Assembly: GCF_963921235.1 (NCBI RefSeq)
Contig: NC_086108.1
Coordinates: forward strand, 59,088,001-59,152,000
Source: Mobula hypostoma
Taxonomy: Eukaryota
Direction of reading: 5' to 3'
DNA length: 64,000 nt
Positions 63,496 to 64,000 of this stretch are shown piece after piece (position 1 is the stretch's first letter; each line of letters starts with the position of its first letter). Under the pieces are notes generated by a model, which saw only the letters and a list, made by a program, of their open reading frames with translations, was not told where the DNA came from and made no database searches. A program made the position numbers and the translations under genes.

Positions 63496-64000
63496 GAAAA
63501 ATAAAATGCTTTCTTTCATTGAGGTGGCTCCAGCACCCTCCTGGCCCTAAAACCCTTGGTTGGATTTCACGGCATCTTTGGCAGTGAATGCAGGGGACAC
63601 ATCATTGTGTTGCGGTCTACATAAGTTACTTGAACATTCACCTTCTTGTGACCTTACTCTACAGTGCAAAGATCTGAAAATGTAATTGCTTATGAAAAAC
63701 AGACATGATCAGTTTACCATAATAGAGGTTACAGAAAGTTGTCCTTTGGGAAATAGCAAATGCTGTCTCAAATACGCAGATCGTACCCTGAGATCAGAAA
63801 GTAGCAAATACGTCCTTTGATTAATATAGAAGCCTAATGTCAGCTATTGGAAATGTTTTAGAATCCATAATTCAAGGTAAATTAGTGAGCATTTAAAAAT
63901 GCTTAGACGAATCAAGAACAGCCAGCACGAATTCGTTAAAATGGAAATTGTGCTTGACAAATGTAATGACCTTTATTTGTAGAAGTGACCAACTGGATAG

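Noticed and set aside
1..64000. CRISPR arrays, rRNA, true tRNA genes, prokaryotic operons
   Set aside because: None seen; tRNA-like boxes belong to SINE heads.

Overview
Eukaryotic, repeat-dense intronic DNA. The repeat spectrum (CR1/HER1-like LINEs, an HE1/V-SINE-like SINE, abundant Penelope-like element (PLE) fragments) suggests a cartilaginous fish, probably a ray; this is an inference. The only host coding sequence I can support is one 233-bp minus-strand exon (16816-17048) of the IgLON gene NEGR1 (Ig domain 1), so the window is most likely NEGR1 introns 1-2. The rest is nested transposable elements: CR1, RTE, Rex1/Babar, Tc1 (DD34E), hAT/Buster, Tigger-like, Helitron, Ty3/gypsy, a solo LTR and PLEs. 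The most interesting system is the PLE family. A young 2.27-kb insertion (43293-45561, 14-bp TSD) has ~685-bp inverted arms carrying minimal type-I hammerhead ribozyme motifs. At least five TSD-flanked 100-230-bp miniature derivatives occur, four of them head-to-head hairpins whose symmetry axis sits at the ribozyme 5' edge. One intact ribozyme motif (33347-33384) lies on the NEGR1 pre-mRNA strand. Other oddities: a ~62-bp direct repeat bracketing the NEGR1 exon, a perfect 114-bp inverted templated insertion inside a hAT element, and a twin-primed RTE. Coordinates were read by eye; boundaries of old fossils are approximate.
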